Source: Eledone cirrhosa (lineage: Eukaryota). Taken from it: a DNA stretch of 64,000 bases. The notes below the pieces were generated by a model. That model ran no database searches. It was not told where the DNA came from and saw only the letters and a list, made by a program, of their open reading frames with translations. Shown in pieces: positions 1 through 12,499 of the stretch (position 1 is its first letter; every line of letters begins with the position of its first letter). The stretch covers positions 23,188,001 through 23,252,000 of the forward strand of contig OZ024743.1 in the NCBI GenBank assembly GCA_964016885.1, read 5' to 3'. The translations under genes and the position numbers were made by a program.

Positions 1-317
1 GGTGTATGGAATTATTTGAACCTGTGATGTGATTGACATTCTGACTCACCATTGTATATAAGGTTATCATAGGTGACTTGGATCAAGATTGACTTCAAGT
101 AAAACAACAACAAATTTGAGTGATTTTCAACTACTTACTTTAAGGCGTTGGAAGATTTAAGCTCAACTCCCGAATCCTTCCTTGTAACAGAATCCTTCCT
201 GGTGCACCTCTTCATGATACCTATTACCAGAGGAGTGAATTAAGCCATTTAGAGTTACTGTTGTATTGTGCCTATAATTGTAGATTATTCAATCAGTTAC
301 AAAGCTTTCTGTTTCCC

Positions 318-368
318 CCTCTCTCTCTCTCTCACACGCACACTATTTATCTATCCATATATCTATCA

Positions 369-454
<86 letters not shown>

Positions 455-660
455 CTCACCCTCCTTCTCTTTCTCTCTCACTTTCTCTCTCTTTCTCTCT
501 CTTTCTCTCTCTTTCTCTCTCTTTCTCTCTCTTTCTCTCTCCCTCTCTCCCTCCTCTCTCTCTCTCTCTATCTATCTATCTCACTCGCCTTCTCTCTCTC
601 CCCCTCTCTCTCTCTCGTTGTACTTCTATCTCTGTCATCCTCTCTCTCTCTCCCTCTTTA
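318..660. repeat. Compound (CT)n/(CTAT)n microsatellite
   Basis: Direct reading; explains the low-complexity ORFs at 261-831. Confidence 0.95.
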
Positions 661-676
661 TTCATACAAATACATA

Positions 677-1065
677 CGAGAGTAATCCCAAAGGTCTCCA
701 AAGCGATGGGGACGCAGAAAAACTGTTCGTACGGCTGTTGGCAACACTGTTGTGATTGGTGCTTCCTTCACTCCCAAACAAGCATGCGCGCGCTTCGCTG
801 GGATGCTCAATCTTGGCTTGGCAGCCGTTGAGAATGGAACTCCCGTTGAACGCTACCGCCAAGTGCGAATTTCGTGCAGTTATTATATACGAGGGCAATC
901 CCAAAAGTAAGGTCTCCTTCCGAGGAAAACATGCGTAAAGATCGGTGGATCACTCTGGATGCTCTCTGCACTTGGGTTCCAGAGGTTTCCCGAAGTACCA
1001 TCCAGAGGATTTTAACGGAAAAGTTGCAATATTGGAAGGAGACCTTACTTTTGGGATTGCCCTCG
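677..1065 (+). mobile_element. Internally deleted, rearranged mariner-family transposon with three TIR copies
   Basis: Perfect 32-bp TIR pair CGAGGGCAATCCCAAAAGTAAGGTCTCCTTCC (890-921 / 1034-1065), each flanked by TA; degenerate TIR at 677; transposase fragments MELPLNATAKCEFRAVI and DRWITLDAL...VSRSTIQRILTEKLQY (mariner HTH region). Confidence 0.85.
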
Positions 1066-1336
1066 TATATATAGGTACATACATGGACACACGTATTCAC
1101 ACACACATGCGTAATTGCGTGTGTGTGTTCATGTATGATTTCGTTATATCAAAGTAGAGATGATATAGAGTACAGCGTGTTAAATAAACATGTGTCACGG
1201 ACAAGATTGTTCGCTTCACCGGCTGTTTGCTACCTGTATTTAGATTACTTTATTATATATATCAATGATGATATACGTTATACGGCTTCTTCTCTGATTG
1301 GCTCTGTGTGCCAATGAAGTTTTTGTCGCTTTGCCT

Positions 1337-1511
1337 ATGTGTGTGTCTGTGTGGGTGTAAGTGTGTTATGGGAGGTGTAAGTCTCTGTGTGTGTGTGTGT
1401 GTTTGTGTGGGTGTAAGTCTGTGTGTGTGTGTGCTTGTGTGTAAGTGTGTGTGCTTGTGTGTAAGTGTGTGTGTATGTCTGTGAGCGTGTGTGTATGTCT
1501 GTGAGCGTGTG
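1337..1511. repeat. Degenerate (GT)n microsatellite
   Basis: Direct reading. Confidence 0.9.
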
Positions 1512-1732
1512 TTAATGCACATGCATGCAGCCATCTGTCTACCTTGATTCTCTCACTTAGTGGCCTTGATTCACTTTCAAAGCTATGATGAACAAAAGTA
1601 ACAGATGGCAACGGGACATACGAAAGTAGCATTAAATATAGTCAATTCATCAGTTTATAATGTCACAGTTAATATTATATTATAATTTGGTAGTATCAGT
1701 AGAGGGTTGGACGCCTTTCTGTTCGGACTTGG

Positions 1733-1924
1733 TATACCTGTCAACTACCCCTGTCCAACGGGGAGATTTCCCACCCACTTTGGGGTAGATGAAGGATGTC
1801 TTCTCTTGTGAAAATGGGTATAGCTTTCATTATGTAAAATCTCCCCTTTTGCCTTATTTCTCCTCGTTTGCGGCTACTTTATTTCATGGTACTCCCTGTT
1901 TGGGTTTTGAGGCTGGCAGCTCTG
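1733..1924. mobile_element. MITE (hAT-like termini), empty-site copy of the element at 5549-5936
   Basis: Co-linear similarity to 5549-5656 plus 5850-5936; degenerate termini TATACCTGTCAAC...GGCTGGCAGCTCTG. Confidence 0.7.
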
Positions 1925-4599
1925 TGTGTTTCACAGACACATACTCAGAAACACACTCATGCAACTATATTAATGTAAAGTAGACAGTATGAGACTTGAC
2001 TAAATAAAGTCATTTACTTCTCACCTAAAATAATTTTGTGTTCAATCTAAAGCAAATAACCCAATATTTGTTGACACAAATCAGTAAAAATCCCTTCAAT
2101 AGTAATGTCACCACTGATGTTTTACATTTATTTTATTTTGATGCAACCTGAACTATCACGAAGCTGCTCTCTCATCAGCTCAAGTATTCTGATCTTCACG
2201 CATTAGATAGTTATATGAGATAATATAGAAAGAAAAAAAAAACGATATGAAACAAGTTTTCATATAGTCACAGATAAACAATTATCAGCCATTTTGGTCT
2301 CAGTCGGAAATATGAATGTGAAATTAATTGTGGAACGGCGTCAGCAGATTTTAGTATTTCTCTTATAATAACGAATATTATGGCAATATTTCATCACTCC
2401 TCCATGAAACATTATCCCAAAGCGGACATTATGTCAACTAATAAATAAAAAATGTAGCTGTGGCTTTATTTTTATGAGCAATGCTCCACATAGTGCAATG
2501 TTAAATGAAGAATAGCTGCCCATATTATAAACAATAGCTACCGGTAATAAAACAGAATGAGTAATGGTGAGTATGTGGATGGTAAAATTGGCAGAGCATC
2601 AAGCAAAATACATTGTTGTATATTGTTACGTTCCTTTATGTTGAGTTTCCTTTCCACGAGATCCACTTTGCTTCTCTCACTCCTACTCTGGAAGAAATCA
2701 GCTGTGTTCATAGCTAGAGAGGGGATGAGCTCTATCAGCTTTAAATACGTATGACAGGTCTTATGTCACTACGACACCTCTACAATTCAATGAAATTACG
2801 CGTCTATACATACAAACCAGTCATAGAATAAAAAGAAGTAATTTTGAAATATATTTTCTTTATAGTGTCCAGACGACAGTCATATATAAGATGTCCGGAC
2901 TGTCTACTGACTAAATTTTGTGAGTAATGTATCAGAATTATCTTTGATAGCAATTTCTCGAGATCTGATTGTAGAATGATTTGTTTTCGGATATATGACT
3001 TACAGGAAATCGAAAGAATGTAAGAATAGTAAGAGATTTGTCATGTATTTTTATTTATAGACTGTTTCTATTTATTCTCTTCCAGTCTAACAACTACTCT
3101 GTAGAATTTATATTTAACGTTGGTTGCATTAGAACAAAGTAATAAAATATTCTTTTCGGGCGACAGCAGATAATTTGTGCACCTCCGTAAATTGGCAGTC
3201 GTCATAGCAACAATTAAGTAGCTTAGTATTTTTTAAATAGTTACTAATCCTATATATAACACAATAATTTCTTGATGAATTGCTGCTTACGTGACTCTAG
3301 ACTTGAGTTCGTATCTCGCAACAGGTGCTGTGATTTACAGTACTGAAAATAACTTTTATGAAAGACATACTGTTAGGTTTAACAATCCTGAATTGAATTC
3401 ACCTGTCTAGTCTAAGTATTTTTCCAAGAATTAAGATTTTAAATTTTCACAAACCAAAGTTGAATAAAGCACATTGAAATATGGTTTTAGAATATTCATG
3501 AAAATTAAATGTCACTAAATTCATTCTCATATATATTGAACGTAATTTAACAAACAATACTTAGCACAGATAAGACTCGAACCTAAATAAGTAGATTTAT
3601 GCAAACAAACACAAAAATACGAATACATTACTCATTTAATAATAGAGGTACCAACAACAACATATAAATATATGTATTACGATACGCTGTCATACCACAC
3701 ACTACTTATAAACTAATCATGTTAACAAAATTAACAAACACGGCCTCGTAAATGTCAACAATCCCAATATACCCCCCCCCCCCCCCCCGCCTCGTATAGC
3801 TAACCCACCCTGAGATACATAGCGAAAAGTGCAGATCTGACTTTTACCTTTTTCCCACCAAAAACACTCATCATTGAATATAATCTCTGAAGATGGCCAG
3901 AATGAAACTCCAACCCAACTAACCTTTCATTCTTATCTTAGCGAAGAAAATATTATTTACTGCCTTACTATATTAATCAAGCGTGCCATTAATGAAGACA
4001 AACGACCCGGTATTGTAAGTGTTTGATCAACTAAGCATCGCTAAGTGAATTCCAATACCTTAATTTATTATTTTACATTCACATATACGTGCATACACAC
4101 AAATTCTGATAAAGTGTTGCTTCAAAGCTGCTTTGAAGTCTGACCTCAATTACTTAGGCCTTGAAATAGTAGATAATGGCAAGGGAAAATTACGACTGTA
4201 GAGAATTAAACAATCTTGTCACTACGAGACACTGGTTTCATTATTTACCATAAACGAACAGAAAACATGATAATGGATTTACAAGAATAGCACAAGTTAG
4301 CTAACTCCGGGCTGTTCATGTTTGGCTTTAGGATATTTGTTTGTTATTTTCTCCAAAGGAAGTTAGATGTTTTACTAGTTTTGTTGATACGCTAAATGAA
4401 TCTCATTTTACAACGACAATATGCTTTCTCTTTTGGATAAAAAAATATATATTTTCCCTGGGCATCTGTTTTTAGCTAGCTTCCTCCATAAAAAAAAATT
4501 GGTATTGTGTTATTATTGGCCAATTGCCTAACACGAAGAATGCAAATACTAACTCGAAAAGCAACAAAGACTGCTACTCTAGTAGAACATAAAAGCATG

Positions 4600-4780
4600 A
4601 TGGATTGGCAGAATCTCGGATAAAACGCCATGTTTTAGTGCTTTATATTCTGAGTTCAAATCCCACCGACGTCAACGTTGCCTTCCATCGATAAAATAGA
4701 GCACCAGCCAAGTGCTAGAGTTGTTTTAATCAACGTTAGCCCTTCCCCTAAACTTCCTGACATTGTGCCTAAATTAGAAA
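4600..4780 (+). mobile_element. tRNA-derived SINE family A, degenerate
   Basis: GGATTGGCAG head, B-box-like GAGTTCAAATCCC, CCTTCCATC..GATAAAATA central motif. Confidence 0.75.
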
Positions 4781-5548
4781 TATATATAGTAGAATGTAAG
4801 ATTAGATGTTATTTCAGTATCTCACCACGCTTAACTAAAATCTTGTGCTTGACTTTGTCTTCGAGTTTTCTTTTTCTTAAGTCAATAAAATTAGTACCAG
4901 TGATAAACGTTCTCAGATCAATTGATTGTATATTTCCATAACAAAATTAGTCTTTGTGCCAAGGTTAAAGAAATCTAAGGCAAGCTCCTTAGTAAAGGCT
5001 GTTGCTCAGTCAGTCGAATCTATGACTCGAATTTAGCGGCGGAAATCATACATCATATTATTATAATATTCGAATCCTAAGTTCCCATTGTCTTAGTTTA
5101 GAAAAGGAAACAACAAAATCAATGTATGGAGTTGGTTTACGTACAATTTCAAACATTGACAGATTGTATTAAAATTTTCAGCTGTGCATAGAAATAAGAA
5201 ACAATAAAAGACATTGCTAATGTAATTAGTTTTTATCTCTGTTTTATGAACATGTACAAACATGATAGATTATTTCGGAATTAAAACGGCTCCCGTAATA
5301 TTGTGTCTAGTGGTCGGGAAGGGTATATTAATCAAAACTGAATTACTAAACGAATCTTGCTTATGATACGCAGAGAATTAATAAGATCAACATATAACTA
5401 ATGGACAAAATGTGGACGCAATAGCGCTAAATGGTTGAGACTCACTTCGCAATCATTAGGCTGTGGGTTCGATTCTTCTGCGTTCCATCTTGGGAGAATG
5501 TAATTTACCATAGCATCTGATCGACCTATGGTTTTTTTAGGGAAATTG

Positions 5549-5936
5549 CAGACTTGTCAACTCGCCCCGTCCTACGGGAAGATCTCCCACCCACTTTAGG
5601 GTGAGTGAGAGACGTCTTGTCTTCTGAAAATGGGTATAGCTATCATTATGTAAAATGGTGGATTGGCAGTATCGGTAGAGAGTCGGACGCCATGCTTTCC
5701 AGCATAGTTACGCCCCTTTGCGGTCTGAGTTCAAATCCCACCGAAGTTAACTTTGCCTTTCATCCTTACGGGGTCGATAAAATAAAGTACCAGTAATGCA
5801 CTGGGTAGTTGATGGTCTTGTGCCAAAAGTAGAAACAATTATGTAAAATCTCCCCATTTTGCCTCATTTTTCCCCGCTTTGGGGCACTTTTTTTCATGGT
5901 ACTCCCTGTTTGGATTTTTAGAGGTTGGCATGTCTA
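5549..5936. mobile_element. MITE (hAT-like TIRs) carrying a SINE insertion
   Basis: TIRs CAGACTTGTCAAC / GGTTGGCATGTCTA; paralogue at 1733-1924. Confidence 0.75.
5657..5837 (+). mobile_element. SINE family A (tRNA head, central domain resembling the Meta-SINE domain), full length
   Basis: 12-bp TSD ATTATGTAAAAT at 5645-5656 and 5838-5849; GCCTTTCATCCTTACGGGGTCGATAAAATAAAGTACCAG core. Confidence 0.9.
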
Positions 5937-7184
5937 TAATTGGGAACAAAGAAACTGTTTGGAAGCCCGTCGGATGAACTGTACCTAATTGCAATTCAAA
6001 AGGCTAGTTTTGTCACATGTTGCAAGACTATTTTCAGAAGGTGGTTCACAAAATTCACGGGGAAAACCTTATAGACAACCAAATATATATTTATTCTTAA
6101 TTGCATTAATCAACTATAGTTCCTCACATTATGGGGCGGTGTGCGTATTTCTGAATTGGGGGTTAGGGGGGGGGGGGGAGAATTTGGTCGATTTAGTTGT
6201 AGTGATTAGTTTAGTTGTTATTATCAAATATCAACCAAGATATAAAAAAAACTTCGATATGTGATAAGCATAACATGTACATAAAATGTAGCGCTTATAC
6301 AAATATATATATATGTGTTTTGGTAGTGTGGGGAGGAAAATATAATTATTGGGGGATTATTGTGGGTTTTTTCATTTTTAGGATCTCAATTACCGGTTAA
6401 TATCTAGACACCCCTGCACACTTGCTCACAGCTGCGGCGAGACTATAATTATACAGTCTGCAAGCTCATTCAAATCCATTCACACTGGATGTCTCAAAGA
6501 CATACAAATATGGCTTATAAAACTTACCAAAGTAAAGAGTCTTCCAGCGCCCCCTAGCCCCCTCCCTCAAGTTCCAAACGCGACCTTGCTCCCAAACGCC
6601 CCCCCCCCCTGGGGGTGCATATGCTTCCCCTTGAGAACCTTTGATCTAGACAGCAACCTTATTAGATATTTCGTGTTTTATCTTCAATCTCTCTCTCTCA
6701 CTCACTCACTCACTCATTCACTCACTCTCTTTCTTTTTCTCTTCCTCTCTCCGATTGCGGTCATTAATTCATGGCAGGGCCAACCAATTTCAGGGTTTAG
6801 GTGGTGGGGAGAGAAATGTTGTATACGTGTACCAACTATTTATTCTACTTTGAGAAAATTAAATTTTTTTTCTCCTTTTTTTGCATTACAAAATTACATG
6901 AATTTTACCTCTGAAAGCAGATTAGCACGTTAACACTGATAAAAGCCTTTTTTTTAAAACAACTTTTTCATGATTTTTTTATCATTTTGCTTCATGTACG
7001 TGGGCTTCATGGGTTGTGTGATTAAGATTCTTACTTTGCAGTTTTATGGTTCTGAGTGGCATTAGTCCCACTGCATGGCACCTTGTGCAAGTTTGTTTTA
7101 CTCTAACTTCGGACATTTGCACTAAATTTGGTTGATGGAGACTGTACAGAAGACTGAATTCCGATGTGTGTGTGTTTGTGTGTG

Positions 7185-7258
<74 letters not shown>

Positions 7259-7261
<3 letters not shown>

Positions 7262-8496
7262 GGTGCGGACGGTATTTGAGGACATGTATTTTTAGTCATT
7301 ATTTGACTAATTTTTATTGAACTTCCATTTCAGAAAATAATGAAAATAACTATGCTTACTAATGAAATGAAAAGGCATGCTGTGATTGTGGCTTTGAAGG
7401 CTAAGCATGGGGATTTAGAAATTTCTCGTTTTCTGAAAGTTGCAAGATCTTTTGTCCACAAGATTCGGTGTGAGTTAGAGAAAGAAGACGGAAGCGTATT
7501 ACCTGTATCAAAACGTAAAAACACATTCCAAACGCTCTGTTTCTATCAGGATACCTGAATTTATTCAGGAAGTTAAGCAAAACATTGGTGACAATACAGG
7601 AAAATCAATGAGTTCAATTGCAAACAATTTTGTTGTCAAAAAAAACAATCAGAAATGTTGCGCATGAAGACATCAGATACAAATCTTACGTGATGAGAAG
7701 TCGATTCATGTCAGAAAATACAAAAGAAATGCGTTTAATCAGATCCAAAAGACTTTAAAACAAACTTAAAAATCCATCAGAAGATGGTCTGACTTGGTTT
7801 TTCTCTGATGAGAAAAACTTTGACCAGGACCACAAAACTAACAGAAAAAATGACAGGTAGCTATGTGCAGACCCTTCTGAGGTTCCAAGAGTAATGCACA
7901 CAAAATTTCCTGCAAGTGTCATGGTTTTGGGTGTTGTTAGCAATGAAGGACATGTGATGCCTCCTCACTTTTTTCCACAAGGCCTTAGGGTGAATGCTGC
8001 TGCATATATTGAGGTTCTGGAAAAAGTTGCTAAGCCTTGGATCAACAGTGTATGCAATGGAAGGCCTTATGTCTTTCAACAAGATTCTGCACCATGACAC
8101 AAGGCTCAAATGACACAAGAATGGATGGCTGACAATTTGCATGATCACATCACACCCAACATTTGGCCTCCTAATTCTCCAGATCTCAATCCACTGGACT
8201 ACTATGCATGGAGCATCGTTGAGAAAAATATCAATGAACACCCCCATAGCACCAAAGATTCTTTGAAAGCCGCCCTAATTCGAGTCATGTCCGATATGAA
8301 CAAGGACCACTTAATCCGAGCTTGCAAACGATTTCGACCCCATGTAGAGGCAATTGTTGATGCTTATGGTGATTTTATTGAATGAAATTATTAAATTGAT
8401 GCTTTATGTTTGTTATTTTTATAAGAATACAGTTTTTTTTCTGTTATTATAATAGTGTTTTTTTAAACCAAAACTGTGTCCTCAAATACCGTCTGC

Positions 8497-8502
<6 letters not shown>
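7259..8502 (+). mobile_element. Full-length decayed Tc1/mariner transposon, DD37D (maT) type, inserted in (TA)n
   Basis: 26-bp TIRs CAGGGTGCGGACGGTATTTGAGGACA / TGTCCTCAAATACCGTCTGCACCCTA; (TA)n on both sides. Confidence 0.93.
7340..8385 (+). pseudogene. DD37D transposase pseudogene (frameshifts and stops)
   Basis: Motifs FFSDEKNF, FQQDSAP*H and WPPNSPDLNPLDY; 37 residues counted between the second and third Asp. Confidence 0.92.
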
Positions 8503-8527
<25 letters not shown>

Positions 8528-8532
<5 letters not shown>

Positions 8533-9053
8533 AGTATGTATGTATACGTACATACATATATGTATACAGACGTACAGTAGCATGCATATATATATATATA
8601 TATATATATACATATGCATACAGGTACACATACATATATGCACGCATCAGTTTAGCCGACGTTTATTATAACGCCGCTTTGTTCGTTTGTTTGTCAACAA
8701 ACCGAACAGCCTGAATTTATGCCATACGGTGTTAAGGCAACCACGTCACCTTTTTGTTCAACACTGACACAGGAACGATGTACTAGTTTCAAGCTTGTTA
8801 GCTATCATCAGCACCGTTTACCCATCTGCCAGATAGTTGAACGTTCGAAAGTATATACTTTCCTTATGAAAATTAACGGCTGAGCAGCCTAATTTGCATA
8901 TTGAGTGAGTTAAATCGGTCAGGCATACCGAAAACGATAAATTGAAACAAAATGAAAACGAAATTTCATTTCTCACTTTTAGTATGGCACTTACTTAAAT
9001 GTAAGTATGTATGTATACGTACATACATATATGTATACAGACGTACAGTAGCA

Positions 9054-9098
<45 letters not shown>

Positions 9099-9214
9099 GC
9101 ATACAGGTACACATACATATATGCACGCATATTTGACAAACAAACGAACAAAGCGGCGTTATAATAAACGTCGGCTAAACTGATGCGTGCATATATGTAT
9201 GTGTACCTGTATGC

Positions 9215-9257
<43 letters not shown>

Positions 9258-9370
9258 CATGCTACTGTACGTCTGTATACATATATGTATGTACGTATAC
9301 ATACATACTTACATTTAAGTAAGTGCCATACTAAGAGTGAGAAATGAAATTTCGTTTTCATTTTTTTCAA
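8528..9370 (-). mobile_element. Non-coding hammerhead-bearing element (retrozyme-like or non-autonomous PLE), 471-nt unit, partial tandem plus inverted copy
   Basis: 8528-8647 repeats at 8999-9130; 9133-9370 is an inverted copy of the D-A-B segments; hammerhead at 8774-8818; flanked by (TA)n. Confidence 0.75.
8774..8818 (-). ncRNA. Type I minimal hammerhead ribozyme
   Basis: Minus strand: AACGGTG CTGATGA T-AGCT-AACA-AGCT-T GAAA CTAG TA CATCGTT (7-bp stem I, palindromic loop III). Confidence 0.85.
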
Positions 9371-9392
9371 CTTATATATATATATATATATA

Positions 9393-9630
9393 GGTGGAGG
9401 CACGTGGCCTAGTGGTAAGGGTGTTGGGCTTATGATAATTCCTGGGATGGTTTGCTTGTTGTATTCTTGAGCAAAACACTTTATTTCACGTTGCTCCAGT
9501 ATACTCAGCTGAAAATGTGTACTAGCAATAGCTGCGGGATTAACCCTGTGATGGACTGGTGTTGCTTCACGCCATGAAACCGCGATAAGCCCCTGCCTAA
9601 TGAGCCTTCTAGCTTCAGAGAGACTTAGAT
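9393..9630 (+). mobile_element. tRNA-derived SINE family B (CORE-like central motif)
   Basis: A-box-like GTGGCCTAGTGG; CTTGAGCAAAACACTTTATTTCACGTTGCTCCAGT shared with 21507-21820, 27970-28112 and about 48965-49150. Confidence 0.75.
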
Positions 9631-9965
9631 ATATATATGGACTTCATTAAGCCAGATATTGGATAAACTTGACAAAACCTAAGTTAAGAGATTGACTGTC
9701 GGTGTTGACTTCCATTGCCATCCATGAGTATTAGTGTGGTAAGGTCGTGTATACTGAGTGTACTAGGTAAATGATGCACACCCGTGAAAGATGATACATT
9801 CAGCATAAATATTAAGCTCACTCAATAATGTGAAACAAATTTTCTGTCCCCTGAAAGAAAATGTTGTGACTTTCAGATAGCTCTGTGCACACCACAGTTA
9901 GTTACTTTATATTCTACACGAGAAAAGGATGATGGAATGGCACAATTATTAAAGCAGCAGATAAA

Positions 9966-10140
9966 ATAATTTCCGGCATTTGTTCTTGGCCTTTACATTC
10001 AGAGTTTTATATCCCGCCGAGATCAACTTTGCCTTTCATCCTTCTGAGGTTGATAAAATAAAGTACCAGTCAAATAAAGGGCTGATACAATTCACTTTTC
10101 CTTCTTTACAAATTGCAGACCTTTTGCCTAGATTAAAAAT
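9966..10140 (+). mobile_element. SINE family A, degenerate
   Basis: CCCGCCGAGATCAACTTTGCCTTTCATCC..GATAAAATAAAGTACCAG. Confidence 0.75.
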
Positions 10141-11427
10141 TACACAGGTTCTTTGTGGGTTCAGTTTTGTCTCCCTGATTCTACCTCAAGATAGGAAATA
10201 TTCAATTATTTACACTATAATTCAATGAGTGGATAGTTCTGTTGATCAGACAACTGGAACACCCATATTCTGTCCAGCCATGCCCAATCATTCCATACCA
10301 GAACGTCAGTTCTTTGGTGTTTCTTCCTTGACGTGTTTTTTTGGGGGGGTTTTGCAGCCAGCCATTGAAGGATAATAAATAGAATGAATCATAGTGGGAT
10401 TTCAACTCGGACTGTGAAAAACATAATTACATAATTAAATACCATAAAACACTTTGTTTGGCACTTTACCAATTCTGTTGGTATTCAGTAATTACTAAGA
10501 TTAGTATAAATTTTGGATGAAGGAGGATATAATCAATTAAATAAATCCTAGTACTTGTTTGGCCATATTTTATCAATTCTGGGAGGATGAAAAGTAATTT
10601 TAGTATTTGAACTCAGAATGTAAAAATACATGAAATTGTGCATAAAATATTGTCTGATACCCTAATGATTCGGCCAATCTATTGCGCTTTAAAATAGATA
10701 AATATTAAAAATAATACATATCTGTAAAGAAACAGTACAAGATTTAATTGAAGCTGTGTTTAATATGTAAATAATTATACTGACAAGTGTAAACATGTTA
10801 TTTTTTGTTTGGTTTTCTCTTTTTTTTTTTCTAGTATTTCTCTTCAAATTGAAAATGAGTAAATGAGCAAATTTCAACTCTAATTAAAGGATCCTTAGAG
10901 ACCATGTACATCTTTAGTATCTGATTTAAAACAACATGCACACCATAAAATTTCATATGCATACATACTCATATGTACACTAAATTGATGATGTGTATAA
11001 ATGTAGAAACAGCAAACAAATACATATATACATATAACAAAGGAAATCATTACAAAATAAATAAATGACAAAAGGCTGTCCATTCAATTTGAATTATTTA
11101 ATAACAGAAGTTACATTTTTTTATAACAAGGGCTAGGTAAGTAGATGGTTTAATATGAGAAGGGGCAAACAGATAATGAAGATAGCTGGAGGACTGGATG
11201 GTTTATTAAAACAGAATAAAACACGGAATATCTGGTAAAAACAAAGAAAAAATTAAATTAACAATTATTTTCCTTTGACAACTTTGATCTTTAGACAAGA
11301 AATCTAACAGCAAATATACTGTTAGATTATATTTCTTTGCAAATCAAGGATGTTTAGTAAATTACTCAAATAGGAGAGGTTCAACATGTACAAAATTATA
11401 TTATAGGTTGTATTTTTCATATATCTA

Positions 11428-11737
11428 ATCTAAAGTCTGTTTTAACCCTTTAGCATTTACATTACTCTATATATACTATTGTATTTTCAGGGCTTTACCT
11501 CACATAATTATCTCACATAATATTGAATCTTTGAGATTTTGATATTATTTATTTTGAGGACAATACCTTAACATCAGTATGAGTGGCTGGTTGCAGTCGG
11601 TTTGAATATGGCTGGTTTAAATGCTAAAGAGTTAAGCCAGAAGGCTTGTTAGGCTCGTGCTTATCCCAGTTTCATGGCACGAAGTGACTGACAGTACATA
11701 ACTGCCCCCTGGACAGGACGCCAGTCCATCACAGGGT
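11428..11737 (-). mobile_element. 5'-truncated SINE family B with nested MITE
   Basis: Reverse complement of 9540-9630; 17-bp TSD TATTTTTCATATATCTA at 11411-11427 and 11738-11754. Confidence 0.8.
11446..11631. mobile_element. piggyBac-type MITE
   Basis: TTAA on both sides; TIR CCCTTTAGCATT / AATGCTAAAGAG. Confidence 0.85.
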
Positions 11738-12352
11738 TATTTTTCATATATCTAGAGCTTATATTTTTTTACTGTTCTAAAATCACAATGTTTAGTTTTG
11801 TTTTCATTAAATTAAAGAATATAAAGGAGATAAAATCTAAGAATATCTTTTACTTAATTCCAATATCTATTTGAACCGAGGGACATAGAATTGAATAACT
11901 TGTTATATAGATTCAATGAAACCCTTACAATAGATTTCAAGCCTAGATCTAAAAATTAATAAGCCACTTTATTCACTCAACCATATTATATTAACCACAT
12001 TGTTTTCTTTTTAATTAGCAATTTTTAATTAACCATCCCATGAATAACAGGGATCCAACTCTGATGTTATGGTGCTAAGCAGACCAGAAATATATTTACT
12101 TTCAGAATGAGAGGTAAGTCTAGCACATCTAACATTCTTTAAAGATATAGCATCTATTTCTAAACAGCCACATAAAATAAGTCACATAATCTTTAGTAGC
12201 TTTTTGTTTCTTCCAAAGCACAATAATCCTACAGTGGACTTGAACAAAAGGCATATGATTTTGAAGTATGATATCTTATCCACTTGGCTATTTAGGCTCT
12301 GACTTTCACATATACTTACTACTTTTGTTCAGGATTTCAATTATTTTAATGC

Positions 12353-12355
<3 letters not shown>

Positions 12356-12447
<92 letters not shown>
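12356..12447. repeat. Pure (GT)n microsatellite
   Basis: Direct reading. Confidence 0.97.
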
Positions 12448-12448
<1 letters not shown>

Positions 12449-12499
12449 ATATACACACACACACAAATATATATATATATACATATATATGTGTGTAAA

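Larger units (their letters stand above)
5411..5975 (+). mobile_element. Old tRNA-derived SINE interrupted by nested insertions
   Basis: B-box GGTTCGATTC near 5467; body resumes after 5936 (GAAACTG..GAAGCCCGTCG); related remnant at about 61160-61305. Confidence 0.5.

Noticed and set aside
261-831. 164-aa and 187-aa ORFs
   Set aside because: (CT)n microsatellite read-through into a mariner UTR
1185-1225. Possible degenerate hammerhead with CATG loop
   Set aside because: Too many core mismatches to support
2140-2185. Minus-strand CTGATGA with short hairpin
   Set aside because: GAAA replaced by GTGA and no valid cleavage site
3887-3912. CTGAAGA-T...T-GAAA hammerhead-like motif
   Set aside because: No stem II or stem I pairing; at most a very decayed PLE remnant
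5657-5740. tRNA genes at SINE heads
   Set aside because: Only A/B-box remnants; no cloverleaf, and the sequence continues into the SINE core
8892-8899. Octamer ATTTGCAT as an snRNA-type enhancer
   Set aside because: A single 8-mer in AT-rich DNA with no supporting proximal element
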